Origin: Glycera tridactyla
Taxonomy: Eukaryota
Reading direction: 5' to 3'
Assembly (NCBI GenBank): GCA_965644265.1
Contig: OZ286466.1
Location: forward strand, 24,490,001 to 24,554,000
DNA: 64,000 nucleotides
Both the position numbers and the translations under genes were made by a program. Shown here one piece after another: positions 13,101-23,200 of this stretch (position 1 is its first letter; every line of letters starts with the position of its first letter). A model generated the notes under the pieces. The model was given only the letters and a program-made list of their open reading frames with translations, was not told the DNA's origin and ran no database searches.

Positions 13101-16100
13101 TAATGAACTATTCTGTTGCTGGTATGATCAAGCCCACCCACTTCTATCATGTTTAATTGAAATATGCCTGACTCTTCAAGTTGGTATCACATGAGGCACT
13201 GAAGGTGATCAGTACCCTCGAGTCTCCAAGTTACTGTGTTGAAATGGGGTGAGGGAATGCTTAAATAATCTAGACTGTCCAGGTTACTGTGCTGAGATAA
13301 GGTTTCGTAATGCATTTCATACAATGCTGAAAATATTTTTCATCCATTCTCATTTGCTGAGCATCACCTGACTATGAAGAACTGACTGAAGTTGATCAGT
13401 ACCCTAGAGTATCCAAGTTACTGTGTTGAAATAGGGTATAGAAATGCTCTAGTAACCTAAACAGTCCAGGTTACTGTGCTGAGATGAGGTATGATAATGC
13501 ATTTCATAGAATGCTGAAAATATTTTTCTTCCATTTTCATTTGCTGAGCATCACTTGACTATAAAGAACTGACTGAAGGTCATAAGTACCCTAGAGTATC
13601 CAAGTTACTGTGTTAAAATGAGGTGTGGGAATACTCGAGTAACCTAGACAGTCCAAGTTACTGTGATGAGATGAGTTTGATAATGCATTTTATACAATGC
13701 TGAGATTATTTTCTTCCATTTCCATTTGCTGAGCATCACCTGACTACAAACAACTGACTGAAGGTGATCAGTACCCTGGACTTTCTATGATACTATGTTA
13801 AAATGGGGTATAGGAATTCCTGAATAACCTAGACAGTCCAAGTTACTGTGCTGGGATGAGGTTTGGTAATGCATTTGTTTGAATGCTGAAAATATTTGTC
13901 CTCCATTTTCCTCTGCTGACCATCAGCTGACTTTTAAGAACTGGCTGCTTTCATAACATGATGAAACAGAGTTTCAAGAACAGCACATCATTGTATTCTA
14001 TCCAATTTGATTGTGCAGAAGTAAGCTGGACAGTCTATGTTACCACAAGCAAATTCTCTCTTGCAGCCACTCATGACCCTTCCAAACAATTACAAAAGAA
14101 TATGCGGTATGGTTGAGTAATTACCACTTCCCCTTGGCACATTTCACTGGAGTAGACAGAAAAGTATAATAAAAAGTATCCTGGACATGTTCCATACTAA
14201 GTAACAAAGACATTGGCAACATTTGTAGGTAACATCAGACAAAATTAGGACAATTCACTTATCTTTGTCCACCAAGACTGCCTGATATGTGCAAAGCCTT
14301 GTTGCTGTTCTCTATCACACAAATTGGCCCCTGGATGGTTGAATGATGGAGATAAAAATGTTTCCATGAATGTTTTTATATTGATTGGACATGGGGTAAA
14401 GATTTGCACTAGTAACCATGGTTTTACTGGACAAAACATAAAATTGTATGGCAAACATATTAAAATGATGTCAGCCCCCTAGCGATGTGTTTTGTTGTTT
14501 GCTTGGGGTATAGGCTTACCTCAGAAAGATATGAGAGGATATTATTCATCACCATTAGTAGCTGTGAACCATGGTTAAGTTCATTTGTGATAGTAACTAA
14601 ATTATGTGAAAATGTTACCATTGATGTAAAGGTTTCTGCTGTGCTGAATAATCATTTCCCAGGAGCACCAACAATCCGGACATGTAGTTTAGGGACATTT
14701 CAAAGGTTTTGATGTAGAATTATGAGATGGCAGGAGGATGAATTTAGTGAATGAATTCTACAAGAATACAGGTTGAATTTGGTGCACTTTTTTGAGTGTT
14801 TTTTGGCCACTTCCTGTCTGTTCTTTGGTCATTTGAAGTTATTTATCCCTTGTTTACCACCAAAAACTTGATTTATTCTCTAAGAAGGGTAGTTGTATGA
14901 ACTTTTGGTGATTGAAATGGTACCCAATTATTGATATCTATGAAATGTCAGTGGTTTTAAGATGGTGGACAGAATTACAACAGGAAGTGTCGTACTTTAT
15001 GGCTGAGCCCATATGTCTCCCCCATCAGGGGGGGGGGGGGAGACATAATTCCAAATTAGGGGGGTATGGAATGCCATTTATCACAGAATTCTGGGGATGG
15101 GGTTAGGAATTTATCCCACCCAATTTTTCAATGGAATAGCCCTTCATACAGTAAATATGATACTCACTTGCTGAAAATTGTCATAACTTTCTGGACGGAT
15201 GCTTCATCCTGCTTACTGACCATGATGTTAGCGAGCATCTGCATATCATCCACCCACTCTATATTGCTAGTCAACTCAGACTCTTCCTCCACTGAACGAC
15301 CCTGGCAATATGAGAAACAGTGATGTCACTAATATGAGATAAAATTGTACCCAAATTCTAATCAAATGCCACCATACATTTCCAAAAGTGGCTTGACTGA
15401 CACACTCAAAGTCAGATTCAAGAATCAAAATCAATGAAAGATTTCACATATTCATTGGAATATTGCCTCCCCTGTAGGCAATGATGTGAGCATGTCTCCA
15501 AAAAGGATGGGTTAATCCCATTTGTATAAGACCTGCCAACATGCATTATTGAGGTCATTCTGCCAACTTCCAACGCCGTAATGCCACACCCCTATTATAT
15601 GTATTCCCAACTGATGGAACAAACCGTACACTAGTCTTGATCCCAATCTCTTTCACATAGAGAATGCTGCAACTTCATGGCATGTATTGAGTTTCTTGTG
15701 TGAAGGTATATGGTAGATTCATACTGGACTCGTGAGTTGCACAGGATGTGCTCAGAATTTGTGATGATGCACATGATCATTTTTGGGATATGGTAGGGCT
15801 CTGATATAGGATATACGGAAATATAGAAATACATACCCTCATTGTAGCTAAGAGAGCAAGTATTTTTGCCTCCGACATTACCCGAATCTCGCTTGATAGT
15901 AGGCACTTGTCTGAAAAGACAGAGCAGTAACCATAAGTTACCATAAGANNNNNNNNNNNNNNNNNNNNNNNNNNNNNNNNNNNNNNNNNNNNNNNNNNNN
16001 NNNNNNNNNNNNNNNNNNNNNNNNNNNNNNNNNNNNNNNNNNNNNNNNNNNNNNNNNNNNNNNNNNNNNNNNNNNNNNNNNNNNNNNNNNNNNNNNNNNN

Positions 16101-19100
16101 NNNNNNNNNNNNNNNNNNNNNNNNNNNNNNNNNNNNNGACATAATGGGGTGAGTGGTTATTCTATATCCATCGGAGGTGAGTAAAACATATATCTGCTGA
16201 AAACACTGTCCAGTCTAAATTGAGATGAATAAGCAACAAAATTTTCCATTGGGATCCATGAATGTTACACATGATGTTCACTCACATATTTCCTGGTGTT
16301 TCTCTTTGTCAATCTTGTCCAAAGTAGTCGGGTTGATCTTGTAGCCCTTCTTGTTGTAAAGATTGAATGGAAGGACAAGTCTCGGAGTCGGTTGGGATCC
16401 TGGTGTTGAGTTGCTATGACCATCCGCATCTTTACTGCCTTTCAATGGCACTTGACTGGTGGCTTTAGTCTCCTTACGGTACCTATAAAATGAAAAAGTA
16501 AAATGATCTTCTTAGCCCACAACATGTCAATTTCTAGCAATCACCACTCTTCAAATTTGTCGATAGGTTCCATAATATCACAGATAACTTCCACGATGTT
16601 GCAGAATCACCAAACACTGGATGAGAAGGGATAGCTACCCACCTACCCGGGGCAGATAGACATTTCTGGTGACACTGAGTAGGTAGATATTCAAGCAGGG
16701 TAGGTTGATTTTCCAGGTGGGCGGTTTAATTTTCCTGATATCTTCTTGCCCTGAAAGCGTGGAGACCTCCATCGTTCCAAAATGAAAGCAGTACTAATGG
16801 TTGCACTCTAACAAATAGTATTTTCCAGTGATCCACAGTAGTGAGGTTTGTGACGTCTTTCCCAGAAATAGTGCGCCTGGTATGCAAATAGATAGTGACG
16901 ATAATTCTAAGCAAAGTGTGAACCACAATTTTTGCTGTTCTATGCTTCAAATTTCCGCCAACATGAAATGAAATAAAATTCATTCAGACTCAAGAAAGAG
17001 AAGTCAAGTACTAATATCGTACATACGAGAATCAAACATAAATACAAGGTATAAAGGAGCAAAACGTCATCCAGTACAGATGGAAGGAAAAGAAATACTA
17101 TATTAGGGATATAAGTGGATATGAAAGATCAAGGTACCGTATTCTCCCTAATTAGCGCCCGACCCTCATGAGCGCCCCCCCCCCCCTCCCGAGGCTTTGA
17201 TAGTCCTGGATGTTTGAATTTCCCGCCCTTTCTGAGCCAGCGAGGAAGCTAGATCCAACATGGCGGCGCGCACGTGGGTGATGCTGCCACTGCTTGCCGC
17301 TCGATATTTCCGTTGTTTTCGGCGAATATTCGACGGATTTGAGAGATTTATACATGGATACCACACGATCTTATACCTAGGAATTTTTTTCGCACGATCG
17401 TTTTTAATGTGAGTTCTATATTTCTTGGTTATTCATCGCGGCAAACTACGTCTGAAAACACAGGATTGACTTGTCAAAGTGAGAGTGGTTATGCAGACGC
17501 CACTCATCATCGCTGTTTATCTGGGAAACATTCATTGTATCCTCATAGTTTTTTACTGTTTTTCTTTTATATGACACAAATAGAACCCGAGTTATACGTT
17601 TATCGAATGTTTCGTTGATATTTCGCCAGCCATCGGCGTTATGTTCGCCAAAATACCCGATTATCGCCCATCGGCGATTTTGACACATCTCGAACAAATA
17701 AGCGCCCCCCTTTCTCAATTATCAAGCGCCCCGGGGCGCTAATTATGGAGAATACGGTATATAAGAGACAATATGGTGTGATTGGTTGTATTTGACCATT
17801 GCTCAAAATGTCAAAGATCAGGAGGTCATCTCAATAATATAGCAGACAATTGAGAGTTTATTTCATCACCCTTTTTTGTTCCTCAGGTGACTCCTCTTGT
17901 CATAACATCAATTTTCAAATTTTTGCAATATCACCAACCAGTGGTTCTCAAAATTTGCTGAAATGACTCACAATTTCAGCTTCTTGAAGTAGACTTTGAG
18001 ACGGTCATTCAGCTCTGTTTTCAGAGCACCCTCGGGTAAATCAGCAACAGCATTGTGAAATGCACTCCGGAGATCCTTGTCATGCTTCTTCCTCAAAGAA
18101 TCTGGAACAGAAAAAACAATTATGTCAATGATAATGATTCTTCCAAAAAATTACTTTTTATGATATTGGTGATTCAAAGCAAGGATTTTGAAAATATGAA
18201 TTGAATTTTATGGCAAGTGTGATATATTCATCCACAGGACTAGGTCAGAGCTTGCCATTAGATACAGAGCAAGGCCAATGTAATTTGAATAAAGAATAAA
18301 CTTATCTTCAGCTATAATTGTCTGTAACAAATTTGGGAACATTCCTCTGAACTATCGAAGCTTTCAAGCTCCAAAATAAAGCTTCTATTTCCAATGTGAG
18401 AATAGCTATGGAGAGAGTAGTTGATAATTCGAAGTCAAGACCAAACAAGACCTGGCTTGTTTAGATGAATAGTTGAAGCCAGTTTTGCCAAAAGAAAATA
18501 CAGTCAAACCTCCTCTAAAGACCACCTCTCTCTAAAGACTGCCTGAGCTGCCACCATGGTAGTATTTTCAACAGTAAATGACCTCTCTATAAAGACCACC
18601 TGCCCATAAAGACCACTTTTTGATGCGGTCTTTATGGACAGGTTTGACAGCACTTCCCACTGGAAACTTAACATGACATTTTTTTCCCGGAGTTTTTCAC
18701 CTGATACAAATATCAGTGGAAAAATGCTGAAGAACAATATTTTGTTATTCATATTGCCAAAAAATATAATCTCTTCGGCAGATATCACCATGAACATTGG
18801 ACAATCAGTATTCTGACAGATGTGTATTCAGATTGATTTCAATGGTAAACTGACATTACAGATGTCCATGCATCTCTCATTCTGTCACAAACCAAATATA
18901 ATGAATCCAAAGCAAATCATATTGGTTAACCACTGTTAACAGGAGTGATTTTTGTCATAAAAACGTCTTTTTTTTAATTTGATATGGCACTTCCTGTCAT
19001 GTGCTGGTTAGATGCAGTTTTAATCCTAGATCATGATCAAATCCCAGATTTTCCAAAATAGCTTATCATAATCGGATATGGGCTACTTGGTTTCCAACTT

Positions 19101-19328
19101 TCTTGAGATGGCACCAGTAAGCATAAAATACCGAAAGAGGCGTGCTTATCGAGGTCGATGAACACACTGATGGCTGAACCACATTGCTCACTGGGTAGCA
19201 CACTTTCAAAATCAGCTGTCCGACAGCGGTCTTTTATTGGCCGTTTGAGCAGTAATGGGGTAATGACCTGATTTCAGTTGTTCCGCTAAGAGATGAACAA
19301 ATCGCCTGGCTTTTCTTTTGACTGGCAT
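284..19328 (-). CDS. Uncharacterised large multi-exon protein, 3' end outside the window; possible nucleolar/MTR4-adaptor (DNTTIP2/Fcf2-like C-terminal half is a guess)
   Basis: Phase-consistent GT-AG exon chain on the minus strand: 19328-19268, 19173-19132, 18101-17972, 16482-16286, 15910-15882, 15301-15168, 14643-14520, [unresolved exon near 14330-14250], 14146-14125, 12948-12806, 12235-12070, 8614-8564, 7971-7819, 5447-5292, 4886-4778, 4104-3940, 3357-3172, 2626-284. Starts MPVKRKARRFVHLLAEQLKSAISVFIDLDKHASFDSLRKKHDKDLRSAF. The donor at 283 (AAG|GTATGC) shows the gene continues past base 1. Confidence 0.75.
2786..2837. repeat. (GT)n microsatellite
   Basis: Direct reading. Confidence 0.97.
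3172..3357 (-). CDS. Gene 1 exon (VVTADM...PLFFIDKTADTRTAKDMK)
   Basis: Acceptor TTTCTTCAG|GTT, donor ATGAAG|GTAAAG; 186 nt, phase 0-0. Confidence 0.8.
3940..4104 (-). CDS. Gene 1 exon (AGSQVPAPKKYLTWLRERDD...LIEELLN)
   Basis: Acceptor CTTACAG|GCT, donor CTCAAT|GTAAGT; 165 nt. Confidence 0.8.
4778..4886 (-). CDS. Gene 1 exon (RVLQDPVIQNTEDYTKYICTIRQVMQFLSDEDQIVM)
   Basis: Acceptor GTTTCAG|G, donor GTGATG|GTGAGT; phase 2-0. Confidence 0.75.
5292..5447 (-). CDS. Gene 1 exon (KLEEAEKISVGKKLASEVSLYFQHAPQ...LYPFL)
   Basis: Acceptor CACTTTCAG|A, donor TTGCG|GTATGT; open frame, phase 2-2, fits both neighbours. Confidence 0.7.
6536..7178 (-). mobile_element. 5'-truncated LINE (CR1/L2-like) 3' fragment
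   Basis: The minus strand translates (one frameshift in an A-run) as SRASTSSSLTIPVVRLKKSEGPK/LWNQLPSDLRECNTIDSFRRNLNK, resembling CR1/L2 ORF2 C-termini; ends in a (TTGAA)n tail near 6536. Confidence 0.6.
7819..7971 (-). CDS. Gene 1 exon (VHNLKKKMFQFIQLFHMKRK...DLEVADS)
   Basis: Acceptor TTTATTTTCAG|T, donor TCCAG|GTTTGT; phase 2-2. Confidence 0.75.
8564..8614 (-). CDS. Gene 1 exon (KLSATVDILLTEKKPK)
   Basis: Acceptor TTCCATTGCAG|T, donor AAACG|GTACGT; 51 nt, phase 2-2. Confidence 0.65.
10067..10133. repeat. (CA)n microsatellite
   Basis: Direct reading. Confidence 0.97.
10452..11731. mobile_element. Non-autonomous TIR element with 6-bp TSD (hAT6-like)
   Basis: TIR CAGTGTTCACGAAAAG / CTTTTCGTGAACACTG; flanks TTGTAA / TTGTAT; internal ~211-bp tandem repeats and a GGGT-rich minisatellite. 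Confidence 0.8.
11235..11570. repeat. GGGT-rich minisatellite
   Basis: Degenerate GGTGAGGTGCTGGGTGGGTGGGTGTGGTGCTG units. Confidence 0.9.
12070..12235 (-). CDS. Gene 1 exon (SITSTFSSEMSAWC...KMDPLEH)
   Basis: Acceptor ATACATAG|AA, donor CACAG|GTCAGT; phase 1-2. Confidence 0.65.
12806..12948 (-). CDS. Gene 1 probable exon (IRHKLTLLMKLSC...GNLIQA)
   Basis: Open frame, donor GCTA|GTATGT, weak acceptor; phase 2-1 fits the next exon. Confidence 0.5.
13198..13945. repeat. Four-copy ~186-bp tandem repeat in a gene 1 intron
   Basis: Units start ACTGAAG(G/T)TGATCAGTACCCT at 13198, 13385, 13572 and 13757. Confidence 0.9.
14520..14643 (-). CDS. Gene 1 probable exon (TAETFTSMVTF...ILSYLSE)
   Basis: Strong donor CTGAG|GTAAGC; open frame, phase 2-0. 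Confidence 0.55.
15168..15301 (-). CDS. Gene 1 exon (GRSVEEESELTSNIEWVDDMQMLANIMV...TIFS)
   Basis: Acceptor ATTGCCAG|GGT, donor CAGCAA|GTGAGT. Confidence 0.8.
15882..15910 (-). CDS. Gene 1 29-nt micro-exon (YKCLLSSEIR)
   Basis: Acceptor GTCTTTTCAG|AC, donor ATTCGG|GTAATG; supplies the phase 1-0 bridge needed between flanking exons. Confidence 0.65.
16286..16482 (-). CDS. Gene 1 exon (YRKETKATSQVPLK...DKEKHQEI)
   Basis: Acceptor TTTTATAG|G, donor AATAT|GTGAGT; phase 2-1. Confidence 0.8.
17137..17757. mobile_element. MITE with TA TSD (Tc1/mariner-type)
   Basis: TIR CCGTATTCTCC(C/A)TAATTAGCGCCC at both ends, flanked by TA. Confidence 0.85.
17972..18101 (-). CDS. Gene 1 exon (SLRKKHDKDLRSAFHNAVADLPEG...YFKKLK)
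   Basis: Acceptor TCTGTTCCAG|AT, donor AAATT|GTGAGT; phase 1-2. Confidence 0.8.
19132..19328 (-). CDS. Gene 1 first two coding exons (19328-19268 and 19173-19132)
   Basis: ATG at 19328; a 94-nt intron GTCATT...TTCAG removes an in-frame TGA and restores the frame into exon 3. Confidence 0.6.
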
Positions 19329-19929
19329 TGCGATGATTTTGTTAATTTAGAGTCAAATTTGATGCGAGAGGCACGACACACGTGCATACGATCCTGTCGA
19401 TGTTTTCAGATACGCAACACCCTGCTTCGAATAGGAGGTCTCCGATTGGTCGAGATGGACGTACCGGCTCCGAAATCCCAGCATCAGCCAATCAGCAACA
19501 GGCTAACAAATGGTATAGGCACCTTGCTCAAAAGATCGTGTGTAGCTCTGTCTGATATATGACATGGGCGAAATGTCGTTTTTGATGAAATGCGATGATT
19601 TTTCACAATAATTCATGAATTAGAAATCTCATGATCCGATATTATTCTTGAATAGATAAGAAATTCTTCGGTTTCTATCTGCAAATGGCACCGAAAAAGC
19701 TACGAAGTTGATTTCTGAACGAAAACATATCGCTTTTTTGGTGCATTGTGGGTATTGTTGGTGGTTTGGTTGTGGAAATGTGCAAGAAAGATATGGCATT
19801 GCCATCACATTTTTCACATTTGTCACAGCCATGGGCTATTTAGCCGGTCCGCACTATTGCCAACATGTTTATTAGTTACTACTTCACCACCTGGCAAGCA
19901 TTTGAGAAGAATAGACGCCGTCATTAATC
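19329..19929. promoter_or_regulatory. Putative bidirectional promoter / 5' UTR region shared by gene 1 and SETD1
   Basis: Divergent start codons 601 bp apart; CpG-retaining; oppositely oriented CCAAT boxes (ATTGG 19445-19449, CCAAT 19488-19492); CACGTG E-box near 19379. Confidence 0.65.
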
Positions 19930-20207
19930 ATGGATCACTTCAGAAGATTTGATTCACCAAGTGAGATACTGTCATCTGCTTTATTCAGCTTTATCAACAT
20001 TGAAATTATTATGGTGATTTGGATGTCAAAAATGATATTACCTTATTCTTATGCTTCTTTGTTGCAGATCACAATGGAATGTCCCGTCCTAACACGATGG
20101 ATGGAAAGGACGCGTGCAAGAAAACGAAAAACTACAAACTGATGCTTGACCCTGCACTCAAAACTGGGCCAACTAAAGTCTATCGATTCGATGGAGTCCT
20201 TCCAGGG
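19930..20207 (+). CDS. SETD1: SETD1 exons 1-2 (19930-19960; 20068-20207)
   Basis: [57 protein letters not shown]; GTGAGA and GTATGT donors. Confidence 0.85.
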
Positions 20208-23200
20208 GTATGTAGGATATTTTGGGATACATGCGTGTGATGCACACTGTTGGTGGTATCAGACGTAGACACGGAATAGTGTTTACAAGTACTCGCCAAA
20301 TCCCTCCACGTTCTTACCAGGGTATCGGGGAATATAAGTTGTATGCCAATTTGCTGCAGTTATTGGCATCGTTTCACATTATGGATCCTCGTAAATGAGT
20401 TGGAGAGCTGTTCATAGTTTGGTGCTATTACCTAGGTTCAAATATATAATATTGAAGTGTCAAATATCACAAATCCTGGGCAGGAAAATTTCATTGGCCC
20501 AAGGGGGGCAGGTGGATTACTAACTTACCTGCCCACCCTAATGGGGGGGGGGGGGCTCAATCTGATTGCATCCTGCACACCAGGAAATATTTTTTCCTTG
20601 TGCAGATGGACATCGTTCTCATGGTGTAATTCTTGGTTACAATTAATTTATTGGGTATTAAGCATAAATCCAGGTAATATATGGTGAGAGCAAATGTGTA
20701 TTGTATACCCATGGCTATTATGATGGTAATTTTGGTAGTTGGGCTATTATTATTGTCATATTTGGCTGATGGCTAGGACTAATATAGTGACTCTCATTCT
20801 TGGCCATGATATTTTGAAATATTGGCAGGATTGGCTTCTGAACTTTCAAGGTAATGGAGCATGGGCTATTCCATTCCCAGAATTTAGTTCACAAGGAAGT
20901 GGTACATTCTTTTGAATGGTGACTGATTTTCATATGATTTTACCCCCCCGCCCCCCCCCCCCTCCCCTCCCCCCCCCCCATTATGGATTCAGATGGGAGA
21001 GTCTTGATTGATCCTTCATTGTTCTCCTTGTATGGGAATCACCATGGATCACTTCAAGAGTAGCATGGTAAAATACCATTACACAATGATGCCAATCTTC
21101 AGGAAATTTCCTAAATTTAGGACATTTTTCTTGAAGTTCAAAATTCAAAAGTTTCTGGAATCTGGCTTAAAGTTTAAAGTCTGACTTGGTTCTCATACTT
21201 TTATGTCATATCTGTCAGTCTGAATGCTTGGTCCAGATATTCTTGGTCCACAGGGGTCAAAAGTGTTTTATTCATGAATACTGTGTGGTATTTTGTCACT
21301 AATATTCATCATCCTTGTTGGCATATTGTACACATAAGATCAGGTCCGCCTGGAATGAACAGAGTTTTTTCTGTTGATTTCCCTAATTACATAAGAGTCG
21401 ATAAGTTATCTATGAAATGTATCTACATGGTGAACATGTGGATTTCAAATTAATCTGCCCCAGTAGGAAATCTGTCCATTCTCTTTATTCATGCATAGTA
21501 TTTGTGATCCTTCACCACTCATTTTGAATGCAGGTAAGATTAGAAACCACCTGCCCACCAGGAGAATCTGACTGCCCCAGGCACGTTGTCACTGGTTGCA
21601 TATCACTTATCTTGCACAGTGAAACCTGTGACGAGAGATTGTTCCCAATGTCACCAAAAAGAGGTGGTCTTGTCAAGGTACATTTGACTATGTCAATTAA
21701 AAATGCCGCCTGTAAAAGTGGTCTTTGTCTCCCAAGATATGTGGTCTTTATAGTCTTCCAAGAGATGTGTCTTTATAAGTAGATTTATATTTTCATCTAG
21801 GAAGGTCCTCCCAATTAGGGGTCTTGCGAAGTAGGCGGTCTGTTATTAGGCGTTATCTTTTCTCAGATGTTAGTGTTCTTTTTTTCCAGGCCAAGGAATC
21901 ATTATTTTCATAATTGACTATTATTGTAGTTGTGGTATTTTACTGTTGAACCTGCTCAAGTGACCTTCATATGAAGGCTACCTGCCTAGAAAGGTGTCTG
22001 ATAATATTTTCCTCAGCGAACCTCTACACAGGCTACCTGTCTACCAAGACCACTATTTGATGTGACCAGGGCTGGTCTTTGTAGACAGGTCTGACTGTAG
22101 TGTTCAAATTGAATTGTTTCCATCATGAATTTATGAATCATCCGTAAAGGGTACTATTCTGCAGTTTAGGTATTACATACATACCCACTGATACTTCAGT
22201 TCCATTGATTTTGCTATCCCGTATTAATTTTTTGTCTAAATTTATATTGCAAATACAGCTGAACCTGTTTGAGAGACCACCTCCATCCAAAGGACGCCCG
22301 CCTACAAAGACTGCATAGAGTAGTGACTGCAGTAGTATTTATACAGTGAATAATCTGTTTGAAGACCACTTTTTGATATGACCACGGGTGGTCTTATTAC
22401 AGTGGAACCACCCCAAATGTCACAAAAATCTGGTCTCTCATCAAAGTTATATTTGACTATATCATATTGAAAAGCAGCCCCAAGAAAGAGGTCTCATGTT
22501 GGAGGTGGTCTCTCCTCAGGGTGGTCTCTTGTCACAGGTACCACTGTAGACATGTTTGACTGTAGTGAATCAATCATAAATCATCATGGCTGTAATTCAT
22601 TCCCTTCAAGGTTTGGTTTCTCCATGAAATAAGCCATTTTTCACTTGTGAAGATGATGTATAATTCACCAAATATCCACACGCAGTTTTTTACTTATGAA
22701 AAATGGATGAGCGATTTTCATCCAATTGATCATTCACTCTTTTCAACCACAAAGGTTGCATGTGGTGGGAAGAGATTATGTACATGATGTATTTGATGGA
22801 ATGATTGTGTAGACGAATGTTGGTCTGAAGGAGAATTGCTGGAAGTGGTGGATTTGTGTTGTGTGCAGATCAGACTGTGTTTGTCTGTGGTGCTGCCAGC
22901 TCTAGGTGAACATGACTGTTGTCAGCTTCCTGGTTTGTGTAGGTTGCTGGATGATATTGTCTCAAATATCATGCTGATGAACTGAAATCCTTCATTCTCC
23001 AGTGAGCTTGAATCTCATGTTAGCCAATGATATTGTTGCAAATAATGGTGCTTGTTCTCGTCCATAACATCCATGAAATTAATTGCTTGACACAACCAGA
23101 TACAGCCAGACATCCTCTCCTTCTTCCACCTTGAACCTTGACCCTATTTAATATGCACAGCCATTAGTGACATCTGGTGGGTGTGGAATGTATGTATGGT

